A stretch of DNA of 64,000 bases from a virus. Below are positions 49,332 to 58,668 of this stretch, in pieces. The notes below the pieces were generated by a model, which saw only the letters and a list, made by a program, of their open reading frames with translations, did no database searches and was not told where the DNA came from. A program made the position numbers and the translations under genes. Numbering within the stretch: the stretch's first letter is position 1; each line of letters begins with the position of its first letter. The stretch lies in the IMG/VR virus record IMGVR_UViG_3300046002_006949, positions 4,045 to 68,044 of that record; one strand, written 5' to 3'.

Positions 49332-51382
49332 TCATGGACTTTGAAAGTCGGTCTCCAGTTGACATTCGTGCTTCCTCCACAGTGAGGTACGCGAAACATC
49401 CGGAGACCGACATTCTTTGTATCGGCCTGAAGTGGAAGGACCGTCCGGCAACAGCCTTGTCTCCTAACAGAGGCAAGTTTGTTCTGGACGGTACCATCCG
49501 ACCAATCGAACTGATGGAAGCGATCCGCATCGGCTGCCCGATCGTGGTCCACAATCTGTCGTTCGAGAAGAGAATGTACCGTCACATCTGTGTCGAGCGG
49601 TGGGGTTGGCCGGAGATCCCGGACTCACAGTGGCGAGACACAGCCGCCATCTGTCGGTACTACGCGGTGCCGGCGAGTCTGAAGATGGCCGCACAAGCGA
49701 TGGAGTTGGACAGCAAGAAGGACATGGAGGGCAACCGTGTCATGCTCCAGCTTGCAAAACCCCGTAAGCCCCGGAAGGCTGAGGTTACGGAATGGCTACA
49801 GTTACACACAAGTACCGACAACATGCCAACGCTGTGGTGGGAGGACGAAGCCAAGCTGGACCGCGTCGTCGAGTACTGCAAGGACGACCTGTATGCACAA
49901 GAGGCCCTCTACATCAAGCTCGGTGATCTTCCCCATGAACGCTACGCTGAGTGGCAGTTCGACGATATGGTCAACGAACGTGGCGTACCCGTCGACTGGG
50001 GGGCATTGGTTGAGGCCAGTCGTCTGATCGAACAATCGATGGGTAACTATGATCGTGAACTTCGTGAGATCACTGCAACGCCTGCGTTCCCGGACGGCAT
50101 GGTCACTGCTGTGACCCAACGTAAGAAGGTGTTGGACTTCTGCGAGCTGCAAGGCTGGTCGATGCTGTCGACAAATAAGGAATCGGTTGAGGACGCGTTG
50201 GCATCACCGAAGCTGCCGGACAGGGTGCGAAGGGTCCTGTCAATCGTCCAGTCCGCAGGTAAGACCTCGCTCGGTAAGGTCGAGACTATGATCGACCTGA
50301 CGGATGATGACTCACGTATCCGGGACAGCCTGGCGTGGCATGGTGCTGCGACCGGTCGTAAAGCCGGCCGCGGGATGCAGCCCCAGAACTTCCCGAGAGA
50401 AGTACTCGGTGACAAAGAGACTGAGGTCTTCCATGAGATCCTCGCTGGTCAGGACTCGTTCATGCACGCGGAATCATTCGCTGCGTTCCAGGACATATCA
50501 GTGCCTGACCTGGTGTCAGCGGCCCTGCGATCATTCATAAAGGCAGACGACGGTAAGCTCCTGTTCGTCTCCGACTTCTCCAATATCGAGACTCGTAACC
50601 TCGCCTGGGTAGCTAACTGTCGGTTGCTGAACGAAGCCTTCAGTACAGGCAAGTGTCCATACCGTCAGTTCGCCAGTCGTGTGTACAACATCCGGGCGGA
50701 GGACATCGCCAAGGGATCGCAGGAGAGACAACTGGGCAAGGTGGCTGTGCTTGGTCTGGGCTACGGCATGGGTGCCCAGAAGTTTAAGGACACAGCCGGG
50801 GCCCCACCTTACAACATCGATCTGCCAGAGGAGCGGGCCAAGGAGATCGTCAAGCTGTACCGTGAGACGTACCCTGAGGTGCCGAAATTCTGGAAGGCGT
50901 GCGAAGACGCGTTCGTCAAGGCGATCAACGAGAAGTCCAGCGTACCAGTTGGCCGGATAGCGTTCGGGTCCAACGGCGATTGGGGCTGGATCGTTCTGCC
51001 TTCTGGCCGAGCTATCTGGATGAAAGACCCTCGGGTTGGTCGCGTACCCGACAGATGGCGAGAGGGTAAGACCCGTCTCGAAATCTCGTACATGGGAGTC
51101 GACAGTAAAACAAAGCAGTGGGTCCGCCGGTCTACATATGGCGGTTCCCTGGTAGAATCAATCTGCCAGGCCGTCGCGGCGGACCTACTGCAGGAGGCAA
51201 TGCACCGACTGGAGGCCAACGGGTACCCCGTGATCCTGTCAGTGCATGACGAAACGGTGTGTCATGCCCCAGCTCATCTCAGTGTTGAGAAGTTCGATGC
51301 GTTGATGAAGGCCCGACCTAAGTGGGCGTTAGACTTACCGGTTGAATGTGAAAGCCACGCAAGCAGGAGGTATGGGAAGTGA
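49316..51382 (+). CDS. polA: Family A DNA polymerase with 3'-5' exonuclease
   Basis: DFES (ExoI), HNLSFE, YCKDD, TGR..QPQN, motif A DFSNIETR, motif B RQLGKVAVLGLGYG, motif C VHDE. Confidence 0.93.
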   Translation: MLTWLVMDFESRSPVDIRASSTVRYAKHPETDILCIGLKWKDRPATALSPNRGKFVLDGTIRPIELMEAIRIGCPIVVHNLSFEKRMYRHICVERWGWPEIPDSQWRDTAAICRYYAVPASLKMAAQAMELDSKKDMEGNRVMLQLAKPRKPRKAEVTEWLQLHTSTDNMPTLWWEDEAKLDRVVEYCKDDLYAQEALYIKLGDLPHERYAEWQFDDMVNERGVPVDWGALVEASRLIEQSMGNYDRELREITATPAFPDGMVTAVTQRKKVLDFCELQGWSMLSTNKESVEDALASPKLPDRVRRVLSIVQSAGKTSLGKVETMIDLTDDDSRIRDSLAWHGAATGRKAGRGMQPQNFPREVLGDKETEVFHEILAGQDSFMHAESFAAFQDISVPDLVSAALRSFIKADDGKLLFVSDFSNIETRNLAWVANCRLLNEAFSTGKCPYRQFASRVYNIRAEDIAKGSQERQLGKVAVLGLGYGMGAQKFKDTAGAPPYNIDLPEERAKEIVKLYRETYPEVPKFWKACEDAFVKAINEKSSVPVGRIAFGSNGDWGWIVLPSGRAIWMKDPRVGRVPDRWREGKTRLEISYMGVDSKTKQWVRRSTYGGSLVESICQAVAADLLQEAMHRLEANGYPVILSVHDETVCHAPAHLSVEKFDALMKARPKWALDLPVECESHASRRYGK

Positions 51383-51576
51383 AGTACTATTGGGGGTCCA
51401 AGATTGAAGTCACAGAAGGTGTCCGCGGTTTCTGCGGGGACCGTAGTTTCAGAGTGGTGGTTGAGGCCGACGTACACTCAGACGATGAAAGCCTTGAAGT
51501 CACACTGTCGCTGGGTGAGGATGAGCTTCGTAAGTTGATGAAACAGATTCAGGATGTACTGGAGGCAGACAGATGA
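51379..51576 (+). CDS. Hypothetical protein
   Basis: GTGA overlap, AGGAGG RBS. Confidence 0.65.
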   Translation: MKYYWGSKIEVTEGVRGFCGDRSFRVVVEADVHSDDESLEVTLSLGEDELRKLMKQIQDVLEADR

Positions 51577-51845
51577 GATACCGGCAGACACCAAACGGTT
51601 GCTTAATACCGATCGATGAAGTCACAGAGCCACCAAAGCACGCAGCGTGGGCCGGGACCCAGACGGACGCCACGAAAGAAGAGATCGATGCTCACCTTCA
51701 GGCGATGTACCGTACTTGCGGGTTTCACCGGGTCGGAGGCCGATGCTGGGGCAGCCCAACACCTGACCCGAAAGCAGTCTTCAACCAGTTCGCCAAGTTC
51801 ATGTACGGCGACGATTGGTTCTTCAACGGTGAGGAGTACTGCTAG
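51573..51845 (+). CDS. Hypothetical protein
   Basis: ATGA overlap, GGAGG RBS. Confidence 0.6.
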   Translation: MRYRQTPNGCLIPIDEVTEPPKHAAWAGTQTDATKEEIDAHLQAMYRTCGFHRVGGRCWGSPTPDPKAVFNQFAKFMYGDDWFFNGEEYC

Positions 51846-52141
51846 TGGCTGGACCCGAGAAACGAATTGAATCCGCCTTCGCCAAGTGGTGCCGTGACAG
51901 CGGCATGTTCTGCCTCAAGCTATCCGCCCAGGGTGTGACCGGTTTTCCTGACCGGTCCATCATCCTGCCCGGCGGTAAGCTGGTGTGTGTCGAGTTCAAA
52001 AGTCCAACAGGTAAGACGTCCAAAGTGCAGGACCAGCGGATCTCGGCACTGCGGTTGCTTGGTGTACCTGTGCTGGTCACGAGTGTGTTGGCCGAAGCGA
52101 AAGATTTTGTGAGAGGGTTTATTGATGCAAGCCGTAGCTGA
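51845..52141 (+). CDS. VRR-NUC domain nuclease
   Basis: EKRIE, GFPDR, VEFKSPTGK.S..Q. Confidence 0.9.
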   Translation: MAGPEKRIESAFAKWCRDSGMFCLKLSAQGVTGFPDRSIILPGGKLVCVEFKSPTGKTSKVQDQRISALRLLGVPVLVTSVLAEAKDFVRGFIDASRS

Positions 52142-53564
52142 TAAGGTCTGGACTCCACATGGGTACCAGAACTCCGGGGTCCAGTTCCTCCACGAGAGGA
52201 CCAGCCTTAACCCCGAGGGTAAAGGCGGGGCCGGACTTCTATGGGACTGCGGGCTCGGCAAGTCCACGACCTGTCTGGAGTGGATGAGTCAGATGAAAGA
52301 GTTCGGCCTCGCAAACCGCTTTCTCATCGTGGCCCCACTCCGTGTTGTCACCAACGTGTGGCCCCGGGAAATCGTCGAGTGGTCTAACTTCAGGTCGCTG
52401 TCCTTCTCAGTGATACATGGCAGTGCGATTGTACGTCGTAAGAGAATGGCAACGCCGGCCAACATCCACATCATCAACCGGGAGGGCATCCCGTGGTTAG
52501 CCAAACAACTCGAAGGTCGTAAGACCCTCCCGTGGCAGGGCATCATCATCGACGAGTCCACGTCGTTTAAGAACTGGTCTGCGGCTAGGTCGAAAGCCCT
52601 GCGTAAGATCATCCCACGCATACCGTACCGCGTCATCCTGACAGGCACGCCGACGCCGAATACTCTGGCTGACCTGTACCCCCAGGTATGGCTGCTCGAT
52701 GAGGGGCAATCCCTCGGTGAAAACATTACTAAGTTCAGGGCCAACAACTGTGCTCAGGTTGGCGAACGTCAGATGAACAAGTTCGAGGTGAGGAAAGACC
52801 GAGAGGCTACCATCCACGACTCGGTGAAGCATCTGGTCCTGCGGCTCGACGCGAAGGATCATCTCGACATGCCGGAGCTGGTCTACAACACGATCCGGTG
52901 CGACCTGCCTTCTAAGGCAATGGCTGAATACAAATCGATGGAGGAGCAACTCTTCGTGGCCCTCGCAGACGGGTCCAGCCGCGGTGCGGTGAATGCTGGT
53001 GCCAAGTACAACGCCTGTCGACAGATCGCCAACGGTGGGATCTATGACGAGCAGCACACCGGGCACCACCTGCACGACGCAAAGGTGGACGCGTTACATG
53101 AACTGATTGAGGAGCTGCAGGGCAAGCCGGTTCTCATCGCGTACCAGTTCGGCCACGACCTTGAGCGTATCCGCAAAAGGTTCCCGAAGATCCAGGCGAT
53201 TCATGGCGGCATGAGGACCGCTGAGGTGGATCGGCTGATAGCCGACTGGAACGGTGGGTGTCTCAGTGGGACACACTTGGCCGTCCAGCCACAGGCCCTG
53301 AGTCATGGAGTGAATCTCCAGGAGGGACCGGGAAGAAACATCTTCTGGTTTGGCCCCTCAGATAACCTCGACACGGTCTACCAGTTCGACCGACGCATTT
53401 ACCGCCAGGGTGTCGGGTCCACTGTCGTGGTGCATCGGGCGTCCTGTAATGACACGCTCGATGAGTTGGTCTGGGAGAAGATCAACAACAAGGAGGAGGT
53501 CCAGTCGAACCTTCTTGAGGTACTACGTCAGTACGCGAAGACGAAGATGTCAAAGCGGGGTTAG
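52125..53564 (+). CDS. SNF2-family helicase
   Basis: PHGYQ, CGLGKS, IVAPLRV, IIDES, LTGTP, HGVNLQ, RIYRQG. Confidence 0.92.
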   Translation: MQAVADKVWTPHGYQNSGVQFLHERTSLNPEGKGGAGLLWDCGLGKSTTCLEWMSQMKEFGLANRFLIVAPLRVVTNVWPREIVEWSNFRSLSFSVIHGSAIVRRKRMATPANIHIINREGIPWLAKQLEGRKTLPWQGIIIDESTSFKNWSAARSKALRKIIPRIPYRVILTGTPTPNTLADLYPQVWLLDEGQSLGENITKFRANNCAQVGERQMNKFEVRKDREATIHDSVKHLVLRLDAKDHLDMPELVYNTIRCDLPSKAMAEYKSMEEQLFVALADGSSRGAVNAGAKYNACRQIANGGIYDEQHTGHHLHDAKVDALHELIEELQGKPVLIAYQFGHDLERIRKRFPKIQAIHGGMRTAEVDRLIADWNGGCLSGTHLAVQPQALSHGVNLQEGPGRNIFWFGPSDNLDTVYQFDRRIYRQGVGSTVVVHRASCNDTLDELVWEKINNKEEVQSNLLEVLRQYAKTKMSKRG

Positions 53565-53965
53565 ACGTACTCATCGCCCCTCAACACGCCTTCAAACAGA
53601 CGCCGGCCCCGGCTGAATATCAGTCGGGTCTTGTACCCGTCGAGGCTATCCTCGCTGTCAGAGGACGTCCAGAACGGGTTCTTCCTCGGGTTGTAGGTCA
53701 ACTCTCGAACAGGCTCGTATTCGTCACCGACGCCAGCCCCAGCTTTGACGTACTCGCAGTCGACCCAGGCACACACGGTCTTATCCGCCCCATCGAAGAT
53801 CTTATTGGCCGTCGCCTTCTGGTTCCTCAGCCTACAGTTTATCAACCGTAAGCCGATCCGGGACGGGTCCGCGTAGAACGGTATCTCGTTCGGCTCTGTA
53901 GGTATCCAAACTTTCCACTTCCCGAAGTTCTTACCGAGACCCAGGTGGAATCTTACTCGTAGCAT
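53561..53965 (-). CDS. Phage hypothetical protein
   Basis: GGAGG RBS after hairpin element R1; convergent with the helicase. Confidence 0.75.
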   Translation of the reverse strand: MLRVRFHLGLGKNFGKWKVWIPTEPNEIPFYADPSRIGLRLINCRLRNQKATANKIFDGADKTVCAWVDCEYVKAGAGVGDEYEPVRELTYNPRKNPFWTSSDSEDSLDGYKTRLIFSRGRRLFEGVLRGDEYV

Positions 53966-53989
53966 GGCACCCTCCAAAAAAGTTTAGTG

Positions 53990-54028
53990 AACACAATGCT
54001 GGTCCTCCGCAGAGGACCAGCGTTACAG
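53990..54028 (-). repeat. Intergenic hairpin element R1 (type A)
   Basis: aacacaatgctggtcctc-cgca-gaggaccagcgttac (+ strand). Confidence 0.85.
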
Positions 54029-54280
54029 TCACTTCAGGTAGTCCTCGGGGTAGAATGGCGTACCGTCCGGCAGATAGACGTGGTCCCCGTCCCAGCTACC
54101 ACACTCACGCTCGCCGAACAGGCATGAGGCGAGCTGTTCCTTGATCTCGCCTTCACCCCTGAACTCACACTTCAAGGGCCAGGGAATCGTATCGATGTCT
54201 CCAGCCGGGTAGTGGTAGATCAACACGTCCTGACCAATCTCAAGTTGGCCACCGCTGCTTGTCAGATGACAGTTATTCAT
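54029..54280 (-). CDS. Hypothetical protein
   Basis: ATGA overlap; stop abuts R1. Confidence 0.7.
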   Translation of the reverse strand: MNNCHLTSSGGQLEIGQDVLIYHYPAGDIDTIPWPLKCEFRGEGEIKEQLASCLFGERECGSWDGDHVYLPDGTPFYPEDYLK

Positions 54281-54510
54281 AGATCCAGGTCCTCACACTT
54301 AGCAGAATAGATTGGCCCACCATCTGTCGGGGCAACCTGTATCGTGGCAGCACCGAGGATACAGACACATCCGACAACGTTTACCATCTGGTCCTGTGAC
54401 TTGTCGTACACAGGGGCCTGAACCAGCTTGTGAAACTGGCGGAGGACAGACTGCATACGAGTCTGCCATGACAATTGAGCAGGGGACTGAGGGGGTTGTT
54501 CACTCGGCAT
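54277..54510 (-). CDS. Hypothetical protein
   Basis: GGAG RBS before ATG at 54510. Confidence 0.6.
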   Translation of the reverse strand: MPSEQPPQSPAQLSWQTRMQSVLRQFHKLVQAPVYDKSQDQMVNVVGCVCILGAATIQVAPTDGGPIYSAKCEDLDL

Positions 54511-54820
54511 CGCGTTCTCCCAGATTCTTAAAACCAGTTGGATATTCAGGCGGATACATCTCACGCCCCTCTTCTTCGATGTTGGTCCATGCCGGCCGCA
54601 TGACGGCGAACATGTACTTTCCATGTGACTCCGGAATGTAGATCGGCGCCGTGTAGTACGGCAGAAGCTGGTCGCCCCAGACTTCTGTCTGGACCATCCA
54701 CTTACCACCTCGGTCCCGGCGGGACAGCTTCACCTGATGACGGTAGCGTGTCCCGTCTGCTGCAATGGTAGACCAGATGTTCCGCCACTGTCTCGGATCA
54801 GCTTCGATTCGACTTGCCAT
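54500..54820 (-). CDS. Hypothetical protein
   Basis: AAAGGA RBS; overlaps its neighbours. Confidence 0.7.
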   Translation of the reverse strand: MASRIEADPRQWRNIWSTIAADGTRYRHQVKLSRRDRGGKWMVQTEVWGDQLLPYYTAPIYIPESHGKYMFAVMRPAWTNIEEEGREMYPPEYPTGFKNLGERDAE

Positions 54821-54998
54821 TGTTCATCCTTTCGTAAGCGTTGTGTAATTCTTTGGAGTACGTGTCATGCCACTTCTTCTCATCCTTCGCGATCATAGCC
54901 ATCGCAAAGATGTAGAGGCCGACCAGTACGAGTGCCGCAAATGCCATGATGGCCAGCGGGTGCGTCGTCTGCACAAGGTCTGTCACTGAGCAGAGCAT
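54798..54998 (-). CDS. Small membrane protein
   Basis: TM segment LAIMAFAALVLVGLYIFAMAMIA. Confidence 0.6.
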   Translation of the reverse strand: MLCSVTDLVQTTHPLAIMAFAALVLVGLYIFAMAMIAKDEKKWHDTYSKELHNAYERMNNGKSNRS

Positions 54999-55231
54999 GG
55001 GTGGTCCTTCTCAAGCGGGTCAAAAATGTTAGCACACAGAATACATTTCAGCTTTCTGAAGCCGAGAATCCAGTGAACCATTCCGCATTCACAAACTGGA
55101 CAGTGCCGCTTTCCCGGCGGCTCGGGGGACTGAGTGCACTCATGACTTTTCATGCCGCACCCTTTGCACCGGCTCGTCTCGTCACAAACAGGCCGGTCAC
55201 CTCCACAGAACTTACAGTGGACTGTTATCAC
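54983..55231 (-). CDS. Small Zn-ribbon (multi-CxxC) protein
   Basis: CKFC, CKGC, CPVC, CILC; AGGAG RBS. Confidence 0.65.
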   Translation of the reverse strand: MITVHCKFCGGDRPVCDETSRCKGCGMKSHECTQSPEPPGKRHCPVCECGMVHWILGFRKLKCILCANIFDPLEKDHPCSAQ

Positions 55232-55255
55232 GATTCATCTCCTAACAAGTGAAGT

Positions 55256-55298
55256 AAGCACACGAAAGAGAGGCTCCGCAAAGCCCCTCCATCCAATG
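55256..55298 (-). repeat. Intergenic hairpin element R2 (type B)
   Basis: acacgaaagagaggctc-cgca-aagcccctccatcca; 36 nt identical to R9. Confidence 0.85.
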
Positions 55299-55299
55299 T

Positions 55300-55644
55300 T
55301 TACGACAGTTCAGATACTTCAGCAACCGGGGCACTTTCGAACAGTTCCCGGACCCGCTCGTCAGTAATCGCGGGGTTCCACCCGACGTAGGTTGCATTGA
55401 GAGGCACAAGGTCACCCATGTGAAGCATCTCGATCGGTACCTCTGCTTCAAGCTCGGTGTCCTCGTACCCGAAGTGGTGACGGGCAAACCCCTCGGAGAC
55501 CGGGACGTTCCGTGAGCTGCGTTCTGACCGATTCCCAGACGTGGCGAAGTACGTACTGTCCGGAAGACCAAACAGCCGGCAGTGGTCCAACGCCTTCAGA
55601 CCGTGGTAAGTGATATCCGGAATAACCAAATTGATTTTGAACAT
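55300..55644 (-). CDS. Hypothetical protein
   Basis: GAGGG RBS; flanked by R3 and R2. Confidence 0.7.
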   Translation of the reverse strand: MFKINLVIPDITYHGLKALDHCRLFGLPDSTYFATSGNRSERSSRNVPVSEGFARHHFGYEDTELEAEVPIEMLHMGDLVPLNATYVGWNPAITDERVRELFESAPVAEVSELS

Positions 55645-55674
55645 GTCATCCCTCTCAAAACTCGTAGCTAAGTA

Positions 55675-55713
55675 AACACAATGCTGACCCACCGCAGTGG
55701 GCCAGCGTTACGA
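55675..55713 (-). repeat. Intergenic hairpin element R3 (type A)
   Basis: aacacaatgctgacccac-cgca-gtgggccagcgttac. Confidence 0.85.
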
Positions 55714-56130
55714 TCACTCAAACTCAGGACCCACGCAGTACAGGTTCACAAGCTGTTCCGCCTGATCCATCGGTACTGGTCGGCGGGCACCGTCGAACCA
55801 GTCCTTGTACCAGTAGTAGCACCCGGTCAGCTCATCGCCTGTGAACTCAAAGTCAAACCCGTCTGATGGGCCACCCCACGATAGCAGGACGGTGTACTTC
55901 ATGACTTTGTCGACAGACAGCACGTCTTCCAGTTCACGGTCCCTGTGACGCTCACGGAGGGCGTCAATCAGGTCATCTGACGAATGGTCCGCTGGATCAA
56001 TGTCGAGGTCAGACGCCCAACTCTGGATGTCCTCGTCGGACATGTCGTCCCAATCGGGTAACAGATTCTCAAGTGTGCCGATCAGTCGGCTGTTGATCAG
56101 CTCTTCACACGTTTTCTGTTCAGTCATCAC
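55714..56130 (-). CDS. Acidic phage protein
   Basis: LSWGGPSD..YWYKDWFDGA motif; D/E-rich; GGAGG RBS. Confidence 0.75.
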   Translation of the reverse strand: MMTEQKTCEELINSRLIGTLENLLPDWDDMSDEDIQSWASDLDIDPADHSSDDLIDALRERHRDRELEDVLSVDKVMKYTVLLSWGGPSDGFDFEFTGDELTGCYYWYKDWFDGARRPVPMDQAEQLVNLYCVGPEFE

Positions 56131-56154
56131 TAACCCTCCAAAAGTGTTTAAGAG

Positions 56155-56216
56155 AACACGAGCGACAGGCCCCGCAAGGCCCGTCTGTCACACCCTCTCA
56201 ATCGCTCGGCACCTGC
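56155..56216 (-). repeat. Intergenic hairpin element R4 (type C)
   Basis: aacacgagcgacaggccc-cgca-aggcccgtctgtcaca...tcaatcgctcggcacctgc. Confidence 0.85.
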
Positions 56217-56217
56217 A

Positions 56218-56652
56218 CTAGAATATGTATCTGCGGACTTGGTTGATGTCGGCTTTCAGAGTCTCCCTCCGGGTACAAAGCTCCGCGAGTTCCTGTTCGT
56301 AGTCATCACTGTCCTCGTCAAGTTCACTCGACTGGTCATCCAGCTCTGACAGTTCGCCCTCCAGCTCAGACAGAAGATCCTCCCGGGATTCTTCAAGGTC
56401 TCGGGTTTCGTACTCTTCGCCACGAACCTCGATAAAGTCCTCCCCATCAACCCAGTCGTTCCGGCCGCACCGGTACGCCACCGGGTCCATCGTCTTCAGG
56501 ACGAACGATGGCATCATACAGCTAAACGGCCCACCGACAGACTCGAACGAGTAACCCTCGTCAAGCATATCGTCGTACATCTCGTCCGTGTCGATGGCAT
56601 CGCATTCTGCTTCGACACGGTCCAGCAACTCTTCAATTTTGTCGTCTTTCAC
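56218..56652 (-). CDS. Highly acidic protein (DNA-mimic candidate)
   Basis: YDDMLDE..PS.VLK..DPVAYRCG.NDW motif plus a D/E-rich coiled coil. Confidence 0.75.
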   Translation of the reverse strand: MKDDKIEELLDRVEAECDAIDTDEMYDDMLDEGYSFESVGGPFSCMMPSFVLKTMDPVAYRCGRNDWVDGEDFIEVRGEEYETRDLEESREDLLSELEGELSELDDQSSELDEDSDDYEQELAELCTRRETLKADINQVRRYIF

Positions 56653-56667
56653 AACCCACCTCCGGTC

Positions 56668-56722
56668 AAAAGAAGAACCGCCCGGCAGCGAGGGACGTAT
56701 CCTCGATTGCCACCGGGCGGTT
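56668..56722 (-). terminator. Long hairpin with U-tract on the minus strand
   Basis: aaccgcccgg...ccgggcggtt stem, inner cgagg/cctcg, followed by cttctttt on the minus strand. Confidence 0.6.
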
Positions 56723-56886
56723 TAGATAATTCTGTTGTGCGTGAAGGTCGCCACCGTAAGTCTACATGGTCGTTTCCCCTTTCGTGAACCTTAACACCGG
56801 GTCAACCAATCGGAATGGCTGACGTAGTGTTCAGGTCGGTAAAGAAACTCTCTCGACAGGTCTTTGATCTCAGGTCAGTTTACAAA

Positions 56887-57291
56887 TCAACCACAGAAAG
56901 ACAAGTACAACCTGCCTTCGTGCATGTACAGATTCCCAGAGAAGCGACCGCTGCCGGCGTCCCTCTCGTACTGCTCCCAGTTGATTTCGTTCTCATCATC
57001 ATCCCAACAGCCTGACTCCAGCTCACGGTAGTCACCCGCCGCGGACTGGATGATCAACGCCTTCGTCTCGACGTCGGTCCAGGCATCGATCTCTTCGTCG
57101 TCCCAGGCTCCCCACGTTCGGATGTAGTCCTTGGCCTCCTGAATCTCTTCAGGTGTCAGGGTGATCTTGTCCGAGTTGTCCAGAGCGTTGTTCCATGTGA
57201 TCTTGCCAGCGTCTGGACCCAGCTCAGCCACTGAGGCTGAGTATCTTGGGGCGTAGTCCTCCAGCAAGAATGACACGTCGATCTCAAGCAT
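56887..57291 (-). CDS. Acidic phage protein
   Basis: SASVAELGPDAGKITWNNA, WGAWDDEEI; GGAGG RBS. Confidence 0.75.
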   Translation of the reverse strand: MLEIDVSFLLEDYAPRYSASVAELGPDAGKITWNNALDNSDKITLTPEEIQEAKDYIRTWGAWDDEEIDAWTDVETKALIIQSAAGDYRELESGCWDDDENEINWEQYERDAGSGRFSGNLYMHEGRLYLSFCG

Positions 57292-57316
57292 TTGGTTCCT
57301 CCCTTCAAAACCTGTT

Positions 57317-57365
57317 AAGCACACGATCGACGAGCCTCGCAAGGCCCGTCTGTCACAAGCTCAAC
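57317..57365 (-). repeat. Intergenic hairpin element R5 (type C)
   Basis: aagcacacgatcgacgagcct-cgca-aggcccgtctgtcacaagctcaac. Confidence 0.85.
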
Positions 57366-57744
57366 CGTTCGGCTCATCACTAAAGGACAGTTGACGAAGG
57401 TCTCGACCAACAATAGCCGTCAGGTTCCGCAGGTCTCGATCCGTCATCTTGTACCCAATCTCGGCGGCCATACCCCGGAGAATCTTCGCCAGGACGCTTG
57501 TGGCGTTCCGTACGTCGGACTTGTACTCAACCGGGCCTTTCCGTTGACCGAAGGGGACCCCCGCTTCCTTCAACGCCTGTTTGACCGTTACGATGGACAG
57601 GTTGAAGCCGGTATCCGCCTTCACAGCAGCCTGGATATCAGGCAGAGGGAGGTACAGTACCTCCACTTTCGTAGTTGGCCGCTCGATCCAGTTCATGAGT
57701 GCTTTCATGGACTGAAAGGTCGGCCGGTCTGATGATAGTCTCAC
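57361..57744 (-). CDS. Hypothetical protein (possible HTH)
   Basis: AGGAG RBS; IQAAVKADTGFNLSIVTVKQAL. Confidence 0.7.
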   Translation of the reverse strand: MRLSSDRPTFQSMKALMNWIERPTTKVEVLYLPLPDIQAAVKADTGFNLSIVTVKQALKEAGVPFGQRKGPVEYKSDVRNATSVLAKILRGMAAEIGYKMTDRDLRNLTAIVGRDLRQLSFSDEPNG

Positions 57745-57770
57745 GTAGATTCTCCTCTAAACCAAATGAT

Positions 57771-57839
57771 CTGTTAAGCACACGATCGGTAGCCACCGCA
57801 GTGGCCACCTGTCACAAGCTCAACGCTCCGGACCTGCTA
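57771..57839 (-). repeat. Intergenic hairpin element R6 (type C)
   Basis: ctgttaagcacacgatcggtagccac-cgca-gtggccacctgtcacaagctcaacgctccggacctgcta. Confidence 0.85.
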
Positions 57840-58055
57840 TTCTATTAAGAACTCATCGGCGTCATCCGTATCGAACGGGTAGTCACCATCCAGCAGATCC
57901 ACCAACCAACCCTCGAACACTGCAACCACGGAAATACTTTCGTCCGGGTAGAGTTTGGCCAGAGCCAGAGCGGCGTCCATAGGTGATTCACCCTCGAAGT
58001 GACCGACGTAACGCAGCCACGTTGTGGTGTAGACTCCAACGATTGTGTACTTCAT
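57837..58055 (-). CDS. Hypothetical protein
   Basis: ATGA overlap; its TAG forms the start of R6. Confidence 0.7.
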   Translation of the reverse strand: MKYTIVGVYTTTWLRYVGHFEGESPMDAALALAKLYPDESISVVAVFEGWLVDLLDGDYPFDTDDADEFLIE

Positions 58056-58597
58056 TCCTGATCGTCCTCGTACTGCTGAAGGGATTCCTCAATCCAGCAC
58101 CGAGGCACCACAGCGAACCAGCAGGCATCGGTACACTGATACGTATGGAAGGTGATGAACTTGTCTTCCATCGCTTTCGAGATGGACCCGATGCACTGGT
58201 ATGTTTCAGCCAGTACCATCGCTCGCACGTCCTCAACCCCACAGTCAAGCTCCTCAGCAATGACTTTCACCTCATGCTGATTCTCGACTTCTTCGATGGC
58301 GTAACCGGCCACACAGCAGCCCTGCCCAACCGGTATCGTTGTGAACCGGTGGCCTGGCTCCATGTCGAATGACCACACATCAAACGCATCACGCAGGTAC
58401 TCTACCTGCTCGTCTGTGATGCCTGGGAACTGCTCACGAGCATATTCCTCCAGCTTGTCCTTTGACCACCGGTCCTCCATCACACAATGAGTGTAGGCAT
58501 CACCCGCGTCACTGTGCTTCTCCTCATACTCCAGGTAAGCCTCATCACACTTGGTGAGGTATTCACTGAACGCCTTCTGTAATTCTTCAGTAACCAT
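58052..58597 (-). CDS. Acidic hypothetical protein
   Basis: AGGAGG RBS; E/D-rich. Confidence 0.75.
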   Translation of the reverse strand: MVTEELQKAFSEYLTKCDEAYLEYEEKHSDAGDAYTHCVMEDRWSKDKLEEYAREQFPGITDEQVEYLRDAFDVWSFDMEPGHRFTTIPVGQGCCVAGYAIEEVENQHEVKVIAEELDCGVEDVRAMVLAETYQCIGSISKAMEDKFITFHTYQCTDACWFAVVPRCWIEESLQQYEDDQE

Positions 58598-58622
58598 TTG
58601 ACCCTCCTGTTCGGTTTGAATG

Positions 58623-58668
58623 AACACAACGGTCCCCCGCCGCAGCGGGAGAACCTTGTAACCACTCA
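58623..58668 (-). repeat. Intergenic hairpin element R7 (variant)
   Basis: aacacaacggtcccccgc-cgca-gcgggagaaccttgtaacc. Confidence 0.75.

Noticed and set aside
56762-56767. Genome-wide amber (TAG) recoding
   Set aside because: TAG ends several clear genes (e.g. at 30625, 37440, 53564) and long genes are intact in the standard code
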